A stretch of DNA of 37,366 nt, from contig JAJECZ010000193.1 in assembly GCA_022821735.1 (NCBI GenBank), forward strand, positions 1 to 37,366. Reading direction: 5' to 3'. Positions within the stretch are counted from its first letter, which is position 1, and each line of letters begins with the position of its first letter. Both the position numbers and the translations under genes were made by a program. Below the pieces are notes generated by a model, which was not told the origin of the DNA, did not search any database, and saw nothing but the letters and a program-made list of their open reading frames with translations. This stretch comes from Alphaproteobacteria bacterium (GTDB taxonomy: Bacteria > Pseudomonadota > Alphaproteobacteria > Bin95). Shown here piece by piece: positions 36,849 through 37,366 of the stretch.

Positions 36849-37366
36849 CGGCAGGGCTTAATTTTGCGCGGTGCCACTATAGTGTCGTTCGGCGTGGCTG
36901 TTGAACGCCGAAACGCATTTGAAGTGGCTACAACCAGCTCAAACAATGGGATCATCGGATGGTGTGGAACTACATCCAAGCGACAAGCGTGGATTGATGA
37001 GCAGCGACAGGAGCAGGATGGAAGTAGGCCGAGTCCGCCGGCAGTCGAGGCGGAGGACCCCCACGTGGTTGTGCGAACCCGAAGTCCCGCTGCGTCTATT
37101 GTGGCCTGTCGATGACGTCGTCCGACGCACTGTCGCCATTTGGTCGACGGAATGGGAAGGTGCAGAAGTTCGGTCGGTGCGCGGGATGTCGCGCCAAGCG
37201 TGAGGGCTACCGCCGTAGACTGCCAATTGGCGGCCTTGCACGAATGCTGGCGACAGCTGGTCACGCCAGCTGTCGCGGGCTGACGGAATTGACCTGACAT
37301 GGGGCGACCGGAGTTCGATCGAATCCGCTTGCGTTATGAAGACGAGTTTAGCTGAAGAACTCATAA

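Noticed and set aside
36849-37335. Several 100-225-aa ORFs upstream of the SIR2 gene
   Set aside because: Mutually overlapping, no motifs or convincing RBS; treated as intergenic or decayed DNA.
37336-37366. Possible gene start MKTSLAEELI on the plus strand
   Set aside because: Only 10 codons visible, too little to call.

Overview
The window looks like part of a conjugative or integrative mobile element from a high-GC alphaproteobacterium (inferred from gene content and a GTTC-N7-GTTC LexA box). Positions 1-17361 hold a run of minus-strand 'backbone / leading-region-type' genes: a strawberry-notch methylase-helicase, SRAP, RadC/JAB, DUF2958, a GHKL ATPase, a long ParB and many small hypotheticals, separated by structured, partly repeated GC-rich spacers. 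An outer-membrane beta-barrel gene and a small ORF follow. Positions ~19500-36850 form a defence island: (i) a low-GC operon of Ser/Thr kinase, minimal UvrD-like helicase and an unknown 449-aa protein, which I cannot match to a named system and rank as the best novelty candidate; (ii) a five-gene YeeA(MmeI-like)/YeeB/YeeC operon with an inserted Abi_C-like gene and an extra GIY-YIG nuclease; (iii) a SoFic-type Fic gene; (iv) a DSR1-like sirtuin system split into two overlapping genes. I saw no integrase, relaxase, tRNA, rRNA or CRISPR array. All family calls come from motifs read by eye, not from database searches.
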